Shown here piece after piece: positions 41,653-64,000 of a stretch of DNA of 64,000 nucleotides. The DNA lies in contig NMRA01000026.1 of NCBI GenBank assembly GCA_002633005.1, forward strand, positions 362,408-426,407. Direction: 5' to 3'. The position numbers and the translations under genes were made by a program. Source of the DNA: Phoronis australis (lineage: Eukaryota; Animalia; Phoronida). The stretch's first letter is position 1, and every line of letters starts with the position of its first letter. The notes under the pieces were generated by a model that worked only from the letters and a program-made list of their open reading frames with translations, did no database searches and was not told the DNA's origin.

Positions 41653-42439
41653 ATTCACATGCTGATGTAGCAATCTGAAATGACGTGAATAAATAGCACC
41701 AATAAGACATTTTCTAAATAGGCACCAGCAGTGATGGTCACCTCAACGGAATCATAATCCCCGTTAATGGTCTGACATAACGCGCCGATTTTTGAGAACC
41801 AGTTTTCTCCACTGAATAACAGGCATCAACCTGGTTCTCAAAATACGGGCACATTGTACCAGACTATTGCCATAATCACCAATAACGAACTAGATGCAAT
41901 TGTATGTATAGCAATTGACCTTTCAAGGGCAAGAGGATTGTGGGATACCTACAAATGGCTGCAATGGATTGTAGAACAGCAGTGGATATCTGAGGCTGCA
42001 CTTTGGCATAATGGATTGACTATGTGATACTGGGACTGGGTACTAACAACCAAGGCCCTAAAGTACGCAATGCCCTTGTCGTTAATCATCTCGTTTCCGC
42101 TTCTGCGAGGTGCGACATCTAGCGTTGAAGTTTCCAGAGTTCTGCTTACGATTATCACACGAGTACTGGGACACACAGCTGTTTATAATGCGAAACAAAA
42201 CTATGAGATGACAGTGCGTTTTTAAAAAAATGGCTTAAAACAGCATATTTCAATAACGCAGTTTTTTGCATATTTTTAAAACATACATTTGAAACAAACT
42301 ATTGTTCAGATTTGATGTAAAACGTAATCCAGGGGTCGCTTAAACAACTCATCAAAATGTCCCAAGGTCCACCACAAAGCATAGAGGGTCCTTAACATTG
42401 TTTAAAGTACGCTAACTCACTGTATACATTTCTGCCATC

Positions 42440-43400
42440 CGAACCTTAAAAATATACATTTTTACAAATTATGTAATAATTATATCCATTTTCACTCTGT
42501 ATTTTTTACTTGTTTATGCAGAAACATGGCAAAATCACACAATGCAAGCAAACAAGAGCACATAATAAGAATGAAGCAGTTCATAAACACATTTATTACA
42601 GAAGCCTGTAAAAAACAACACAGAAAGCTGAGACAGTATGATGTAGGCAGTTTAATTGAGGCGCACAATAAAATAGGTGGGTATGGCACGACTTTGTTTC
42701 ACTGCAAGCACAGCCTACGTGGAAGTGCTGTTTCGTGAAAATCTTCAATCGGCTTTCCGAAAGTCAGTTGTCTCCCCTGAAAGGATTACTCCTTCCACAG
42801 CATACTTGCTGAGGTTGAAAATGATTTTTTTACTAAATGGTTGCAAAGATGTACACTACAAGCAAAGAGGTCATTGCCACTTGACTAAGTATTTTCAAGA
42901 AGTTCTGCAAGAAAGGTGCTGACAAAAAGTGTCGAAATGCTGAAAAAGAAAACATCAGAACGAAAGCACAGGTGACAAAAAGGCAAAGGAGACAAAAAAG
43001 GCAAAGGAGACAAAAAAGGTGATAAAAAATTCAAAGGTGACTACAAAAGTCATGTGGAATGAATAACAGCAACAAAGTTAAGTTCAGAAACCACGAAATG
43101 ATAATGAATCAGGTCTATCACACGCTTCACAGTTCAAAAGTGACAGCACCGAGGACTTGGATGCAGGGGATGAAGAGATTTGCTACATCTGTAACAAGTG
43201 GTCACCATGGCAACTATGCCAATGTGCGGCTTTAGAGATCACTAATTAGGGAAAATGTGAATTCCAAGGCGGCAGCCACTGGACTCACCTAAAGTTTTGT
43301 TGTGATGTGACAGCACTAAGGCGACATGACAGATATTTCTGTCCATCTTAGCGTGCCATGCCGTCAAAGCCAGCTCCAAGAAGAGTAATACAAGTGATAA
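42440..43400 (+). mobile_element. Degenerate pogo/Tigger-like transposase remnant with a C-terminal PHD-like finger
   Basis: Broken frames with ENLQSAFRKS, a Lys-rich linker and EEICYICNKW...CEF...HWTHLKFC...RYFCP; stops and frameshifts. Confidence 0.45.
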
Positions 43401-44191
43401 CTGGGATCAGTTGTGCTTAATTTGTTGAAATTATAATCAGTTTAGTGACTGTTGTATTTTTTAATTTAAAATTAAATCTACTTTAAAAACATGTCTATTT
43501 TGTTTACTAAATAGCTATTTATTTAATGTATTTTAAAGAGATTGACCATACAAAAGATTGTTTTTGGTTATTTCATGTTCACTGGTCTAATTAAAACTGG
43601 ATTATTAACAACTACAGACTTTTTTCTTCTCTTATTTGTTGTTTACAAAAATAACAATTTTGATAGGCCATAGTCTGTTTTCACGTCTACAGGAAAGAGG
43701 GCAAAACAGTCACAACTTTAGGGCCTCAGAGAAAATGGCAGGCTTTTTCATATGTCTTGCAAAAACTCTGTCTGTGGATTGAAAACGAGTTAATGCTTAC
43801 GTTAAAGACTTTGGGTCCTCGGTGTGTAGTATGCCACGGTGAATGCAATATTTGTAAGTTGTGAGACTGGAATGAATCCAAAGAAATGCGAATAATCCAT
43901 TTCTTATTCGAAGAACTGAGTTTTCCAACTGCCTCTTTAAAATACAACAGATGAAATTCACACAGAAACTAATGGGGATTGTTGTACTATTGCAGCGCCA
44001 GTCCATAACAGCCGAGGCCGAGGGGTTACTAGCAGCCTTCGTGTCATCTTATAATTGTCAATGACCTGATTGTTTTGAGGAGACCCTTAATCTATTCCCA
44101 AAAGGTCTGAACTGGTTGGGCCATTTAGTTTTCAGATTTCAATTGGCAAAATACACAAGAGGTTCACCAACTCTGCCAACTACCACGAAAT

Positions 44192-45127
44192 TATGCAATG
44201 ATCATCGCCTCTGTTGGCCCGAACCAGAGGCGATGCAGAGGCTATAGGCACTCTGTACGCCGGAAGCTTTTCGGCGAATTATGCCTCGCACCGACTAAAC
44301 CATCAGAGTCACGTCGCTATAAATACCTTTTGCGCATAGAGGAACACCTGAGGAGGTTGTCGATGTGTTTAACTCCTTCCAACTCGTACAAATACTCCCA
44401 TTATCAAACTTCTTCTTCGAGCAGTCCCTATTTCAGTTCCCAAAATCGTGAACTCACCATTTTTATACTGCGCACGCTCCAATTTTTACCGCGCTCACTA
44501 GGTGATGTGACTTCATGACCTCAATCTTTAAATAGGCCAAAGGTGAGCCATTAGTGCGGTCTTGTCAGTCAAATGTTCGTTTCCAAAATGCCACCACTTA
44601 TACTTGTCTTTAATTGGTGTTATTTGAAACTGATTGTATTTCAATGAATTATTGTTTGTATTTGATAAAAATTAATGCTGTTGATATGACATTTAATAGT
44701 CTTTGTGCACATATTTGACATTTTAATGTTTAACAACACAGCAAATGCACGGCTGGTTCCCGGCAGCACGTACCCGTAGGGCGGGAACTTCAGCTTTCAA
44801 AGTTCGCCGGTAGGTCTGCAACTTCTGACCTTCGGCCTGGTTAAAAAAATGACAATGTTGATTTCACGATTTTGGGAACTGAAATGGGGACTGCTCGAAG
44901 AAAAAGTTTCATAACGGGAGTATTTGTTCGAGTTGGAAGGAATTAAACACATTGACAACCTCCTGTGTTCCTCTATGCGCAAAAGGTATTTATAACAACG
45001 ACAAATGTGACTTTGATGGTTTAGTCGGTGCGAGGCATAATTCGCCGAAAAGCTTCCGGCGTACAGAGCGCTTATAGCCTCTGCATCGTCTCTGGTTCGG
45101 GCCAACAGAGGCGATGGTCATTGCCTA
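44192..45127. mobile_element. Non-autonomous Mutator-like (MULE)/foldback element with ~270-bp TIRs and a 9-bp TSD
   Basis: ta(g/t)gcaatga...tcattgccta ends; TSD ccacgaaat at 44183-44191 and 45128-45136. Confidence 0.85.
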
Positions 45128-45311
45128 CCACGAAATCAGAGAGTGTGAATCTGAGATCTGTGATTGTGAATCGCTGCAGCGGCATGGCAGCTCACACTAG
45201 GCTCTCAGACCAACTACAATGGGTCTTTAGTACGATTACTGCAAAATTTTTAACTCTAGTTAAAGAGGAACCAATATTACTGTAGCACTTTAGGTAGATG
45301 ACTACTCTTAC

Positions 45312-45400
45312 CCAGCTTACGTGATCCTCTGAGTCACAAGCGCATCTTCCTCCCAACTCAAGATGACTACTTCTTAATCTCGAAACAACCATACGTAATA
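45312..45400 (-). other. Putative non-coding first exon of Mint (5' boundary uncertain)
   Basis: Two strong minus-strand donors (gtaagc 45320-45315, gtaaga 45311-45306) beside the AT-rich promoter region; the first coding exon has an acceptor, so an upstream exon is required. Confidence 0.4.
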
Positions 45401-45757
45401 TTTTTGATATCTTTCACACGAGTATCATTTATTTATGAACATAAAAATCGCTTAATACCGGCTCAAAATTGCACAAAATAAATCTGTTATATGGTTAACA
45501 CGTATAAATGAACAAAACTATTTATTTGCGAGAGTACATTTGAAAAAAATAAGAATTTTATATGCTTTTTGTTTCACTTTAATATTTGTAAAGTTAATCA
45601 GACGATAATATTTCAACCTTTTTTCTATCATTTATTTGAAAAATATATTTTTTAAATGCTTATTTATCTTGAAAAGAGAAAATTTGAGAGGTTTGTTATA
45701 AAAATTAAAGACCTCAAGATTTTCATTTTGAAAGCATATGTGGTCAATATCCAGTAT

Positions 45758-45780
45758 CACGTGGTACACGTCCTTTTCGC
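45758..45780 (+). promoter_or_regulatory. E-box (CACGTG) and TCT/5'TOP initiator (tccttttc) of eEF2
   Basis: CACGTG at 45758-45763; pyrimidine tract at 45771-45778, ~70 nt before ATG|gtaaga; eEF2 mRNAs are established TOP mRNAs. Confidence 0.65.
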
Positions 45781-45845
45781 GAGTCCGCCTGAGAAGATAA
45801 CTTGGTGAACTAGTATTGCCTAGTTAAAAAGGACTCGAATCCAAG

Positions 45846-63446
<17,601 letters not shown>

Positions 63447-64000
63447 GTAAGCACAACGTTCTTGGTCACATGGACTGCTCTAGTCTCCCTGCTTGTACTG
63501 GTTAACGCTGTGTCTTTGTGTTGACTGTTCAAAGAGTGTCATCAGGGCCAGCTCAGTAAGATTTACTATTTTTGTGTGACAACATGAATATATTTAAGTG
63601 CTGTTCCAGTAAAATAGGTGTGGGAGGGGGATGGCACTTTCATTTTTATCCACCACTCAAATTTTTCTTTTATTTATCCAACTCACCTCCCTTAATTTTT
63701 AGTTAGGTTGAAATACAAAATGCAACCACCCACAATATTTTATGTTATGGCTGAATAGCGGATTTGCAGCGCAGACGAACTACGCATTGGGCATGTGCGA
63801 GTTACTTCCTTCGCGAAGGCTCATGGGATAGCTTGTGGTCAGGCATGTCTTGAGGAGGCTGGATAGTGTGTGCATTTGGAGTGATTTGCAAACTAAAAAC
63901 CATGTTTCATTTTTTGCTTTATAATACCAAGCAAGTCCTCTCTCTCGTTTGTAAACACAGCGTAGCTATGATCAGTGACCGTGTGACCGAGAGCACGACT

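Overview
Eukaryotic genomic DNA from an invertebrate animal (probably a lophotrochozoan; this is inference from sequence style and repeats). Two intron-rich genes sit head-to-head. (1) Minus strand: a complete Mint/X11/LIN-10 (APBA) adaptor gene with 15 coding exons from ATG 41652 to TGA 4900 (~1091 aa), encoding a long acidic N-terminus, a CASK-binding EPVWVMR motif, a PTB domain and two PDZ domains. (2) Plus strand: an eEF2 gene with an ATG-only first exon behind a TCT/5'TOP start; 11 exons (751 codons) lie in the window and the gene runs off the right edge. The eEF2 frame is intact but unusually divergent outside the GTPase core and reads HRGAGQ at the diphthamide loop. The last exon of an unidentified coiled-coil gene is at the left edge. 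The Mint introns hide several frame-preserving candidate microexons (6 nt and 27 nt) around the PTB domain. Introns also carry many transposon relics: MULE-like foldback MITEs with 9-bp TSDs, a deleted piggyBac, a THAP-bearing Kolobok-like element, a hAT-like MITE nested in a Helentron/HINE-like element, Penelope remnants with a minimal hammerhead ribozyme, and a pogo/PHD remnant. Two tandem duplications joined by a single N are probably assembly artefacts. All assignments were made by eye, without database searches.
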